In this document: in pieces, positions 43,263 through 52,381 of the stretch | How positions within the stretch are numbered: position 1 is the stretch's first letter | How the letters are laid out: each line of letters starts with the position of its first letter | Assembly: GCA_964560005.1 (NCBI GenBank) | Contig: CAZLKB010000002.1 | Coordinates: forward strand, 128,381 to 192,380 | DNA length: 64,000 nucleotides | Direction of reading: 5' to 3' | From: an uncultured Gammaproteobacteria bacterium | GTDB taxonomy: Bacteria > Patescibacteriota > Patescibacteriia > Patescibacteriales > GWC2-42-12 | The notes under the pieces: model-generated | The model's database searches: none | What the model saw: only the letters and a program-made list of their open reading frames with translations | What the model was told of the DNA's origin: nothing | Program-made: the position numbers and the translations under genes

Positions 43263-43441
43263 CGAATAATGTAAAATGTAAATTTTAAAATAAAAAATGC
43301 TAGCTCCGCTAGCACCCCGCAGATGCGGGGTCATTGCAGAGCAATGACAATGCAAAATTTAAAATTTAGAATTTAGAATTGTTAATTTTACATTTTTAAC
43401 TGTCATTTTTCATTTTGATTTTTTAATTTTTCATTTTTATT
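43263..43441. repeat. Composite AT-rich palindrome with embedded three-hairpin module
   Basis: TGTAAAATGTAAATTTTAAAA words are mirrored by TTTTACATTTTTAAC... The module at 43299-43348 is inserted. Confidence 0.65.
43299..43348. repeat. Three-hairpin module, copy A in inverted orientation
   Basis: GCTAGCTCCGCTAGCACCCCGCAGATGCGGGGTCATTGCAGAGCAATGAC is the exact reverse complement of 18425-18474. Confidence 0.85.
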
Positions 43442-44230
43442 ATGGACATCAGCATCGTTATAGTAAATTATAAAAGCAAGGCTTTAACTTTGAATTGCCT
43501 GCGGTCAATAAAAAATGCAGATTGGCCTGGTTTGGATTATGAAATAATCGTGCTGGATAATTATTCCGCCGACCTTTCTTCCGCCGACCTTAAACAATTC
43601 GGCGGCATTAAGTATATTATGAATGGCCGGAATGTCGGTTTTAGCGCGGCCAACAATCAGGGCATCAAGCTGGCGCAGGGAAAATATATTGTCATTATGA
43701 ATCCCGACACGCAAGCGCAAAATAATGTTTTTAGCAAATTATATGATTTTATGGAAAATAATCCTAAAGTTGGCGTAGTCGGGCCAAAGCAGTTTAATCC
43801 GGATCAGACTGTGCAGGAGACTTGTTTCCGCTGGCCGGGTCTTTTCACCCCCTTGTATCGCCGCACGCCCTTGGCGAAAACCAGCTCAGGCCGCCGAGAT
43901 TTAGACAGATTTCTCTACAAGGATTATAATAAGAGTAGTATAAAAGAAGTAGATTGGATTTTAGGGTCATTTTTGTTTTGCCGAGCCGCAGCCTTGCGGC
44001 GGGTGGGAGTGTTTGATGAAAAATTTTTTCTTTATTTTGAAGATACGGATTTATGCCGGCGCTTTTGGCAGGCTGGCTGGAAAGTGGTATACCATCCGGA
44101 CGCTAGCATAACGCATAACCATAAGCGGCAGAGCGCCAGCGCGCCTTGGTATAATTTCTTTTCCAGTCTGGCGGCCTGGCACCATATATTTTCCTGGATT
44201 AGGTATTTAAGAAAATGGGGAGGAAAATAA
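43442..44230 (+). CDS. Family-2 glycosyltransferase
   Basis: ISIVIVNYKS, LDNYS, GFSAANNQG, MNPDT, FEDTDLCRR. Confidence 0.8.
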   Translation: MDISIVIVNYKSKALTLNCLRSIKNADWPGLDYEIIVLDNYSADLSSADLKQFGGIKYIMNGRNVGFSAANNQGIKLAQGKYIVIMNPDTQAQNNVFSKLYDFMENNPKVGVVGPKQFNPDQTVQETCFRWPGLFTPLYRRTPLAKTSSGRRDLDRFLYKDYNKSSIKEVDWILGSFLFCRAAALRRVGVFDEKFFLYFEDTDLCRRFWQAGWKVVYHPDASITHNHKRQSASAPWYNFFSSLAAWHHIFSWIRYLRKWGGK

Positions 44231-44262
44231 GAAATAAGATTAGCGTTCAATGAAAATTTATT

Positions 44263-44565
44263 ATGGCATCAGAAAAAATGGAACAAAATTTTGAAAAACC
44301 TTTAAATGAAAAGGAAGAAATTTTAAATAGAATTCGCGAATTTAGATTTGATTTTATTGATGAGTTACCGCCCGAGCTGCTATTGTCCCAGACGCCCAAT
44401 TAAAATTTATATAAGCGTAGAACAAATTTTTTTACAACATTTCAAATAAAATTTAGACTTAAACAGCTAGGATTATTAAAAAGCGAGGAAGTAATCCATG
44501 AATGTGAAGATTATTTAAAATTTTGTGAAACCTTACCAAGAACCAAAAGATTTTATCAGCAATAA
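44263..44565 (+). pseudogene. 101-codon reading frame (303 nt) interrupted by one in-frame TAA (nonsense-disrupted small gene, or two fragments)
   Basis: ATG at 44263, in-frame TAA at 44401-44403. The same frame then stays open for 53 more codons with no Met, up to the TAA at 44563-44565. This was checked codon by codon. Confidence 0.3.
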
Positions 44566-44648
44566 GACATTGATAAAGCGAATAGAGTTTTAGATTGTTT
44601 AATCAAAGAATCGTCATAATTATAAAAGTTATAAATATTTAAAAAATT

Positions 44649-45515
44649 ATGAAAAAAATAACTAAAGCGGTAGTGGCCGTTGCCGGCTCGGGCACTAGAT
44701 TTTTGCCGGTAACCAAATCAATGCCCAAAGAAATGCTACCGATCGTTGATAAGCCGATTATCCAGCTGGTGGTTGAAGAATTGGTGGCGGCCGGCATTGA
44801 AGACATAATCTTGGTGACCAAGTGGGATAAAAAGCCGCTGGAAGATCATTTTGACCAAAATTGGGCATTGGTGGGTGAGTTGAAGAAAGCCGGTAAAGAA
44901 AAGCTTTTGGAAGAGGTTAAGAGAATTTCTGAACTGGCTAATTTTATTTATATCAGGCAAAAAGGGCCATACGGCAACGGAACCCCGGTGTTATCCGCCG
45001 CCAGTATTATAAAAAATGAACCATTTATTTTTGTTTGGGGCGACGATTTGGTTAAAGCGGAAGTTCCTTTCGCCAAACAGATGGTTCTAGATTATGAAAA
45101 AAACGGCAATTTAATGATCGGGGTGCAGGAGGTGCCGCTAGATCAGGTCAGCCGTTACGGTATTGTTAAATTAAAGCCGGGAACCATGCAAATTCAAGAT
45201 ATAATAGAAAAACCAACAACCGATGAGACTCCTTCTTGTTTGGCCGATTTCGGACGCATGATATTAAATCAAGATATTATTGATATTTTAACGAAGACGG
45301 CTTTAGGCAAAGACAATGAGCTTTATTTGGTTGACGCGATTAGAACTTATGTGAAAAATGGCGGAAAATTTATGGCGAAGAAAATAAAAAACGGCGAATG
45401 GCTGACTACGGGAGATCCGTTGAATTATTTAAAAACCATGCTGAAATACGCTTTTGACAGGGCGGACATCGGACCGGAGATAAAGAAATTTACCAAAGAA
45501 TTATTAAAAAAATAG
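44649..45515 (+). CDS. galU: UTP-glucose-1-phosphate uridylyltransferase
   Basis: AVVAVAGSGTRFLPVTKSMPKEMLPIVDKP and VEKP-type blocks. Confidence 0.88.
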   Translation: MKKITKAVVAVAGSGTRFLPVTKSMPKEMLPIVDKPIIQLVVEELVAAGIEDIILVTKWDKKPLEDHFDQNWALVGELKKAGKEKLLEEVKRISELANFIYIRQKGPYGNGTPVLSAASIIKNEPFIFVWGDDLVKAEVPFAKQMVLDYEKNGNLMIGVQEVPLDQVSRYGIVKLKPGTMQIQDIIEKPTTDETPSCLADFGRMILNQDIIDILTKTALGKDNELYLVDAIRTYVKNGGKFMAKKIKNGEWLTTGDPLNYLKTMLKYAFDRADIGPEIKKFTKELLKK

Positions 45516-45564
45516 CCATCAGATAATAATAAAATTAGATGGCTTGTGCTTGTTGGTCAGTTAA

Positions 45565-45688
45565 GTCTTGGCTAAATTTATTTATTTTTTCGCTGCGGAT
45601 CAAATTCTTTATGTGCCGGCCGGTCAGTCCGTTCGGCTGAGCTCACGACGAAGCCTCTCTTCAAAAATAAATAAATTTAGCCAAGACT
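45565..45688. repeat. Conserved-core / variable-stem element, copy 1
   Basis: Stem: AGTCTTGGCTAAATTTATTTATTTTT (45565-45590) pairs with AAAAATAAATAAATTTAGCCAAGACT (45663-45688). The core CGCTGCGGATCAAATTCTTTATGTGCCGGCCGGTCAGTCCGTTCGGCTGAGCTCACGACGAAGCCTC is shared with 53438-53509. Confidence 0.8.
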
Positions 45689-45719
45689 AGAAAAATAACT
45701 AGCATAACTTATAAACTTT

Positions 45720-46700
45720 ATGAATTATGATTTTTTAACTATCGGCGGAGCGACCGAAGATATAACTTTTTATACCGACGAAGGCGTCTTGATTGATAAC
45801 AAAAGTAATTTAACCAAGCAAAAATTATTGGCTTTTGAATATGGGGCTAAAATAAAAGTTAATAAATCTTTTTCCGGTTTTGGCGGTGGTGCGGCGAACG
45901 CGGCAGTCTGCTTCGCCCGCCTGGGCTTTAAATCAGCCTGCCTGGCCGCTATCGGCGAAGATCCGCGCGCGCGGAGAATTTTAGATAATTTTCGCAATCA
46001 AGGAGTAAACATATCTTTAATACAAAAGATTAAAAAATTTGAAACCGGATTTTCTTTTTTAGTAGTCGGTTCGGGGAGCGAACATATCTGTTTTTCCAAC
46101 CGAGCGGCCAACGACCAATTGTCAATTACGAATAACGAATTGCGAATCATGAAACAAGCGAAGTGGATCTACATAACATCGCTATCTGGACAGTGGCGGA
46201 CGAATTTGGATAAAGTTTTCTCGGTCGCGGGTTCGAAAATTTCCTGGAATCCCGGACGAAGTCAAATTTTAGCCGGGATTAAAGCGCTAAAGAAATATTT
46301 TACGCGCGTTGATTGCTTAATAGTCAATAAAGATGAAGCTATTGAACTGGTTATGTCGGATAAACTATATAAAAATCGGGGAGCTGGTTTTTTAAATAAA
46401 TCCGGCAGTTTATTATCAGCCTTAGCCTCTTATGGTCCTAAAATCGTGTTGGTAACCAACGGCCCTTTCGGCGCCGACGCCATTTTCTGCGGAAAGATTT
46501 ATCATCAGCCGATAGTAAGAGCAGCCAGGCGCGTTGACACTACCGGAGTAGGCGATGCTTTTGGCTCGTCTTTTATCGCCGGCTTGGAATTATATAATCA
46601 AGATATCAAGCGGGCGCTAGTCTTAGCAGCCAGAAATTCAGCGGCGGAAATCAGCCATCAGGGCGCGCAGAATGGATTAATGCGGAAGAAAGATATCTAG
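45720..46700 (+). CDS. PfkB-family carbohydrate kinase
   Basis: GGGAANAAV and the C-terminal DTTGVGDAFGSSF signature. Confidence 0.8.
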   Translation: MNYDFLTIGGATEDITFYTDEGVLIDNKSNLTKQKLLAFEYGAKIKVNKSFSGFGGGAANAAVCFARLGFKSACLAAIGEDPRARRILDNFRNQGVNISLIQKIKKFETGFSFLVVGSGSEHICFSNRAANDQLSITNNELRIMKQAKWIYITSLSGQWRTNLDKVFSVAGSKISWNPGRSQILAGIKALKKYFTRVDCLIVNKDEAIELVMSDKLYKNRGAGFLNKSGSLLSALASYGPKIVLVTNGPFGADAIFCGKIYHQPIVRAARRVDTTGVGDAFGSSFIAGLELYNQDIKRALVLAARNSAAEISHQGAQNGLMRKKDI

Positions 46701-47036
46701 GTGGAAAATGCACAATGTAAATTTTAAAATGAAAAATTAACCCAGTGAAATAATTGCAAAGCGAATTTTACTGGGCGGGACAATTTAAAATTAAAAATTA
46801 ATTTCTAATATCTAATTAATCTAATTTTTGATCAATGGCCAATTCCTAACCTGCCTACCGGCATTCAGGCGATTAAAGAAAATTTATAAATTAGAAATTG
46901 GGATTTGACCCGCCTCGCGTCGACGAGCGACAGCGAGTCGAGGCGGGTTAGGTCAATTAGGAATTAGAATAATTAGACATTTTCAATTTTCAACTATAAT
47001 TTTTCATTTTGATATTTACATTTTTAACTTATCATT
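46701..47036. repeat. Composite AT-rich palindrome with embedded GC modules
   Basis: AATGTAAATTTTAAAATG/CTAATT words are mirrored by AATTAG/TTTTCA words. GC modules lie at 46850-46870 and 46897-46953. Confidence 0.65.
46897..46953. repeat. 57-bp GC-rich hairpin repeat, copy 2
   Basis: Identical to 18326-18382. The flanking AATTAGGAATTAGA words are also shared. Confidence 0.85.
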
Positions 47037-47609
47037 ATGCAAGTACCCATAGAAGTCTCGGCCAGGCATGTTCATTTGTCAAAAGCCGATTTGGAAAAAT
47101 TATTCGGTTCGGGTTATGTTTTATCCAAACTCAAAGATTTATCTCAGACCGGGCAATTCGCGGCCAAAGAAACCGTTAAATTGGCCGGCCCGTTAGCCAT
47201 TATGGATAGAGTCAGAGTTTTAGGCCCTTGCCGAAAAGAAACCCAGATTGAAGTGTCGGCGACGGACGCGAAATTCCTCGGCCTTGAACCGCCGGTTAGG
47301 GATTCGGGGGAATTAGAGGGAACGCCAGGCATAAAAATTATCGGTCCGATCGGCGAATTGCAGGTTAAGCGGGGCGTAATTGTAGCTTTAAGGCATATCC
47401 ATATGGAACCGGAAGTAGCCAAAAATTTAGGATTAAAAGACAGCGACCGGGTTAAGGTTGATGTCAGCGGCGCGCGCGATTTATTATTTGAAAATATTTT
47501 AGTCAGAGTTGACCCGAGCTTTAAACTGGCTATGCACATTGACACGGACGAAGCCAACGCGGCCGGCATAGGCAAGGACAATAGGGTGGGTGAGATAATA
47601 GTTAGTTAA
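47037..47609 (+). CDS. pduL: Phosphate propanoyl/acetyl-transferase PduL
   Basis: Two PduL repeats with VSARHVHLS and ALRHIHM histidine motifs. 190 aa. Confidence 0.8.
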   Translation: MQVPIEVSARHVHLSKADLEKLFGSGYVLSKLKDLSQTGQFAAKETVKLAGPLAIMDRVRVLGPCRKETQIEVSATDAKFLGLEPPVRDSGELEGTPGIKIIGPIGELQVKRGVIVALRHIHMEPEVAKNLGLKDSDRVKVDVSGARDLLFENILVRVDPSFKLAMHIDTDEANAAGIGKDNRVGEIIVS

Positions 47610-47719
47610 AAATGTAAAAATCAAAATGTAAAATTATTGTATAATTATTTCATGAAAAATTTATTAAATTTTTCACTCCATAATTTTAAATTTTAAGATT
47701 TAAAATTTACATTTTTTAT
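47610..47719. repeat. AT-rich palindrome (TGTAAAA word family)
   Basis: AAAATGTAAAAATCAAAATGTAAAATT is mirrored by AATTTTAAGATTTAAAATTTACATTTTTT. The centre is TGAAAAATTT...AAATTTTTCA. Confidence 0.65.
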
Positions 47720-48574
47720 ATGCCCGAACTGCCGGAAGTGGAAACTATTGTTAGGGATTTAGAGAAAAAATTAAGGCATAAGAAAATTACCGGCCTGGAA
47801 TCTTTGGACATAAAAGTTTTCCAGCTGACTCCCGGGCAGGTTAAAAAAATAATCGGCAAAAAAATTAAAGAAGTCAGACGGCGGGCTAAAATGATAATCA
47901 TTGACTTGGGCGATGATTTTTTAGTAATTCATTTAAAAATGACCGGCCAGCTGGTCTTAAAGACGAGGAGCGGCCTGATTGCCGGCGGCCATCCGATCAT
48001 CAATGCGGGAAATGAGCTGCCCAATAAATTTACCAGGGTGATTTTTAAATTTAGCGGCGCCAACGCCCTTTTTTTTAACGATGTCAGGCGGTTCGGCTGG
48101 ATTAGATTAATATCTAAAGATGATTTTTTAAAGCTGGATAAAAGTTTCGGGGCCGAGCCTTTGGCTCCGGGCTTCACTTTAGAATATTTTAAAAGGGCGT
48201 TATCGGGCAAGAAAAAAACTTCTATTAAGCAAGCTTTATTGGAGCAAGGGCTGATCGCTGGAATCGGCAATATCTACGCCGATGAAGCCTTGTTTCTGGC
48301 CGGCCTAAGGCCGTTCAGGCGGGTTAAATCGTTAAAATCAAAAGAGATGGAGAAGCTCTGGCGGGTTATTCCCGGCCTTTTAAAAAAAGCCATAAAATAC
48401 CGCGGCACTTCTTTCAGCGATTATGTGGACGCGCTGGGACGGCGGGGCAATTTCATAAAATTCCTGCGCGTTTACGGCCGGGCGGGGGAGAAATGCTTCC
48501 GTTGCGGCGGCGCGGTGGAAAAGATGAAACTGGGCGGCCGGAGCACGCATTGGTGCGGCCGGTGCCAAAAATAA
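47720..48574 (+). CDS. mutM: Formamidopyrimidine-DNA glycosylase
   Basis: N-terminal MPELPEVE, the H2TH region, and a C-terminal CxxC...CxxC zinc finger (CFRCGG...HWCGRCQ). Confidence 0.92.
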   Translation: MPELPEVETIVRDLEKKLRHKKITGLESLDIKVFQLTPGQVKKIIGKKIKEVRRRAKMIIIDLGDDFLVIHLKMTGQLVLKTRSGLIAGGHPIINAGNELPNKFTRVIFKFSGANALFFNDVRRFGWIRLISKDDFLKLDKSFGAEPLAPGFTLEYFKRALSGKKKTSIKQALLEQGLIAGIGNIYADEALFLAGLRPFRRVKSLKSKEMEKLWRVIPGLLKKAIKYRGTSFSDYVDALGRRGNFIKFLRVYGRAGEKCFRCGGAVEKMKLGGRSTHWCGRCQK

Positions 48575-48683
48575 AAATAATTTAAAATTGGCGATGCTTT
48601 AGCAGTCGGACGGGTATTCATAAAGGCTATTTTTAAATTCAGGAAAAGTATGGTATAATATAACCATCTAATATTCTCTAAAT

Positions 48684-51113
48684 ATGAAATCAGCCCCATA
48701 TTTAAATTTTTCAGTCAAATTAATTATAATTTTGGCTCTGCTTTTTTTAATCTCTCAAGCGAAATCTCAAGCCGCCACCAGCCCCGACGCCGTGGCCTTC
48801 CGGGTTATACCCAACCCGGAGTATCTCTCGCCCCTGCGCTGGTACCGAGAAAATATCAAGGTTAAAGGCTCGCCCCAGTCCTTGACTGTTGACGGCTACC
48901 AGGCGGTGCGCGACGGCAGAACGGTTTATGTCAATGCGGCTAATGTAGATCCGGCTAACCCGAATTTTTATACAAATATTTACATCATTTCCTACAATCA
49001 GGAGGCGGAAGATTCCACGATAGATATTTTCGGCCAAATTCTAAAAAAATGGGTTTTTAATTCCAATATAAGCGGAAGCGTTTGTAGCTTTGATAATGAA
49101 AAATGTTCATCATCTACTAAAGACTGTAAAGACGCAGGCGATTGCGTCAGCGTAAAAGGCCAGATTGTGCGCGACACTAAGCGCCTGGCTGATCTGGCCG
49201 ATATAAAATCAGCTTTAAAAAATTATCAGGCCGAGCATAGCGGAACTTATCCCGAACTGGCCGCCGGTTCATACCTTACGGGCAAGTCTATTTCGGTTTG
49301 GCCCAGCTGGCGCGCTACCTTGGGAGCCGCTCTTGGCATCACCATACCGATTGATCCGCTGAATAAATTAGGCGCCTGCACGACTCCTACGGGCTTTAAT
49401 CCTGTAACCTGCTGGAATCAGGCGACTAAAACTTTTGCCGATCCTCCTCCGCCCGATGAGTTTAATCTGCCAGCCAACAGCCACGCTTATGTCTATACGA
49501 TTGACGCTCAAGGCCGGTATGATCTTTGCGCCTTAATGGAATCGGAATACACGATTGATTTGGACGGCGCCTGCCCCGATTCAGGCAAGGGCTATGAAGG
49601 CGAGGGAGGAGCGGCCTTGCCTACCATTAATTGCGGCACAATCGTGGCGGCTCAATTAGCGCCCTTTTCCGGCTTTATCAGTTTGTCCGGAACTTACGCG
49701 GATAGGTACGACTGGACAATAGAGCCTGTTACGCCAACTTCTTGGGATACATGGGAAGATCAAGGCTGGGGGTGGGACAATGGCTCTAGTATGCTCAAAA
49801 TAAGTAGTTTTATAAATACGGGTAACTTTGTTACTAAACAGCTGACCGCGCAATTAACCCCGGACTCGGGCAAAGGTCCTTATAGTTATAAAGTTAGAGT
49901 TAGATATGGCGAAAAAACAGTTGAAGAAACCTGTAATATCACGATTAACTGCGTGCCGCAATGTCCGGCGGCCAGTGATGTTAATGCAGGCTATACTTAT
50001 AAAGGAAGCGACGGTTGTTGCGGCTCTTGCTGGGTGGAAGGGACCAAGTGCGTAGTTGATCCATCTTCCTGGGAGCCACTCTCAAGCACGAAATGTCCGA
50101 ATGAGACGGTCACTCAAACCAGTAATTGCGGCACCACTCAAAATGTTTCCGGTACTAAGTGCTGTTCAAAGCCAGGCTGTAGTTCGAGTCAGCCGGCTTA
50201 TCCAACGGCGGCAGTTACCGGCAGTACTTGTCCGGCGGGTGAAACATGCTATCAGTGTGCAGAAGGATATAGCTGGCATAGCGCTACTTTAAAATGCGTT
50301 AAATGCGGAGACGGTGTTGTGGAGGGCGATGAGCAATGTGATACAAATTCTGGAGATTGCACGGATATCAATTCGGGGTACAAAGGAACTAGAACTTGTA
50401 ATTCAAATTGTCGATGGAATGACTGCGTAACAACGGAATATTGCGGCGATGGTATTATAAATGGCAACCCCGGCCTAGAAAAGTGCGACGAAACATCATC
50501 CAGAGTTTGTTACGGGCAGGGGGGGGCTGCACTACCAAACTATTGTGTTGCTGGTTCATTGGTCGCAGGAACTCAAAATTGTATACATTGTAAATGGGGT
50601 GATTGTAGCCTAAATCCACCCATTGAAAATACTTCTACAACTTGTGATTCTAGCAATGTTGCGATTACTTCTCCTTGCTGTGAATTAGTAAAGTGCACTC
50701 AAGATGGTTGCGGTTGTTGCGGCCACACTACTACACCGGCGGAAGTTACAGATGGCTATGAAACTGTAACTGATCTGGCCGGCGAAAAAATGGAAAAGAC
50801 TGCGGTATGGGACCCGGCTAGAAGAATTACATTTTATTATAATAACAATACTCCAAACGATCCAAGTGATGATAAATTTTGCCCCGGAGGATATTATGAT
50901 AATACGAATAATATATATAAACCCGCACCACCAAATGAAATCCCATATTTATGCACTTCTTGTGATGATAAATACTCTATTTGCCCCGATTGTTGGGGAG
51001 AAAATAATTATACATGCAAGTTAAATCGAATTCCTAATACTAATAACTGGGAAATAACCACCAATCATTCGGCGGCATATTATCGTTGCTGGCAAGGAAT
51101 ACCACAACCATAA
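48684..51113 (+). CDS. Large secreted Cys-rich protein with pilin-like domain and CGDG Cys-rich repeats
   Basis: Signal peptide. RDTKRLADLADIKSALKNYQ resembles the RDxxRxxDLxxIxxAL pilin-like block. CGDGVVEGDEQCD and YCGDGIINGNPGLEKCDE repeats are present, along with many Cys. Confidence 0.6.
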   Translation: MKSAPYLNFSVKLIIILALLFLISQAKSQAATSPDAVAFRVIPNPEYLSPLRWYRENIKVKGSPQSLTVDGYQAVRDGRTVYVNAANVDPANPNFYTNIYIISYNQEAEDSTIDIFGQILKKWVFNSNISGSVCSFDNEKCSSSTKDCKDAGDCVSVKGQIVRDTKRLADLADIKSALKNYQAEHSGTYPELAAGSYLTGKSISVWPSWRATLGAALGITIPIDPLNKLGACTTPTGFNPVTCWNQATKTFADPPPPDEFNLPANSHAYVYTIDAQGRYDLCALMESEYTIDLDGACPDSGKGYEGEGGAALPTINCGTIVAAQLAPFSGFISLSGTYADRYDWTIEPVTPTSWDTWEDQGWGWDNGSSMLKISSFINTGNFVTKQLTAQLTPDSGKGPYSYKVRVRYGEKTVEETCNITINCVPQCPAASDVNAGYTYKGSDGCCGSCWVEGTKCVVDPSSWEPLSSTKCPNETVTQTSNCGTTQNVSGTKCCSKPGCSSSQPAYPTAAVTGSTCPAGETCYQCAEGYSWHSATLKCVKCGDGVVEGDEQCDTNSGDCTDINSGYKGTRTCNSNCRWNDCVTTEYCGDGIINGNPGLEKCDETSSRVCYGQGGAALPNYCVAGSLVAGTQNCIHCKWGDCSLNPPIENTSTTCDSSNVAITSPCCELVKCTQDGCGCCGHTTTPAEVTDGYETVTDLAGEKMEKTAVWDPARRITFYYNNNTPNDPSDDKFCPGGYYDNTNNIYKPAPPNEIPYLCTSCDDKYSICPDCWGENNYTCKLNRIPNTNNWEITTNHSAAYYRCWQGIPQP

Positions 51114-51117
51114 AAAT

Positions 51118-51870
51118 ATGGCCAATAAAAAAATAATCACAATTTTTATTATCGCCGTTGTATTATTTAGCTTATCCGGAGCTTTGGTTTTTTTTCTAAT
51201 TAAACGAACCGGCAATAGCAATCAAATTATAGCGAACGGCTCTAAAGCCGACGTTATAAATGAATTAAAAAATCATTATCCGGCTATCAACGATGAACAG
51301 GCCAGCCTTTACGTAAATATAGCCGCCGCCGGCGGGGCTACATCCTGCCAGGGCAGATCCGACGCCAGCGTTTGCGCTTCTTCCATCGGCTATATTAAGG
51401 GTAAAGAAGATTTTTGCCACGATCTAGACCATGCTGACGAATTATTATACCGTGAATGCGTCGGCGGCGTTCTTAAAAAAAGCGCGAAAGCCAGGCTTAG
51501 CCAATGCCAGGCCTTGAGCGGCGATGACTATTATAATTGCCTGTGGGCGATTTTAGACGCTTATACAGGATTAAAAGATTGCGGCGATCTGCCGGACGCG
51601 GAAACGCGGTCAGTCTGCGAAGACTTTTTTAATTACCGAACCGCCCTAATAAGCTATGACCGGGCGCTATGCGGAACGGTTAAAACCGAAAAATTAAACC
51701 AATACTGCCTTAAAGTCATTATTGATAAAAATCAGGACACGGATAAGGACGGCTTAACCGATTTGGATGAAATAAATATATATAGGACTCATCATTTGCG
51801 CGCCGATTCAGATAACGACGGCGTTAGCGACGGGGAAGCGGTCAGGCGGGGATTGATCAAAGCGAAATAA
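51118..51870 (+). CDS. Membrane-anchored Cys-containing protein with C-terminal Asp-rich calcium-binding-like repeats
   Basis: N-terminal TM helix. The C-terminal DTDKDGLTDLDE and DSDNDGVSDGE motifs are thrombospondin-type-3-like. Confidence 0.5.
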   Translation: MANKKIITIFIIAVVLFSLSGALVFFLIKRTGNSNQIIANGSKADVINELKNHYPAINDEQASLYVNIAAAGGATSCQGRSDASVCASSIGYIKGKEDFCHDLDHADELLYRECVGGVLKKSAKARLSQCQALSGDDYYNCLWAILDAYTGLKDCGDLPDAETRSVCEDFFNYRTALISYDRALCGTVKTEKLNQYCLKVIIDKNQDTDKDGLTDLDEINIYRTHHLRADSDNDGVSDGEAVRRGLIKAK

Positions 51871-51880
51871 AATAGTAAAT

Positions 51881-51917
51881 AAAAAACTGCCGCGGACGAA
51901 CCCGCGGCAGTTTTTTA
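51881..51917. terminator. Bidirectional intrinsic terminator
   Basis: CTGCCGCGG (51887-51895) pairs with CCGCGGCAG (51902-51910). It sits between an A-run and a T-run and between convergent genes. Confidence 0.8.
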
Positions 51918-51933
51918 TTCGAAAACAGGGTTA

Positions 51934-52365
51934 TTAAAAAATAAGGAAACTGAAGAGGCTGATTAGAAAGCCGATTAATGAACCGACGATAATTTGCGCC
52001 GGCGTATGGCCGATTTTTTCCAGGAGTTTGGGATAAATCTCATCCAGCATTTTGTCTTCTTTTAAATCTTTCACTAAAATATTTATAATTTCTCCGTGCT
52101 GGCCGAGATATCGCCTTAAGCCCAAAGCATCCCTGATAATTAAAAAACTAAAAATAAAACAGACGGCGAACAGGGGAGACGAAAAACCTTGGCTTAAGCC
52201 GACGATAGCGGTCAGGGAAACAACGAAGGCGGCATGGCTGGAAGGCATGCCCGAATAAGACGATAGGGAACGCCAATTGAATTTTAAATTGTTTGACTTA
52301 ATGAGCGGCTTGCTTAGTTGGGTGATTATGCCGGCCGCTAAAGCGGTAATTAAAATTTGAGGCAT
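51934..52365 (-). CDS. Divergent PAP2 (acid phosphatase-like) membrane protein
   Basis: 143 aa with SGMPSSHAA and a later IGHTP motif. Confidence 0.7.
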   Translation of the reverse strand: MPQILITALAAGIITQLSKPLIKSNNLKFNWRSLSSYSGMPSSHAAFVVSLTAIVGLSQGFSSPLFAVCFIFSFLIIRDALGLRRYLGQHGEIINILVKDLKEDKMLDEIYPKLLEKIGHTPAQIIVGSLIGFLISLFSFLIF

Positions 52366-52381
52366 AGTTGAAATATTATAA

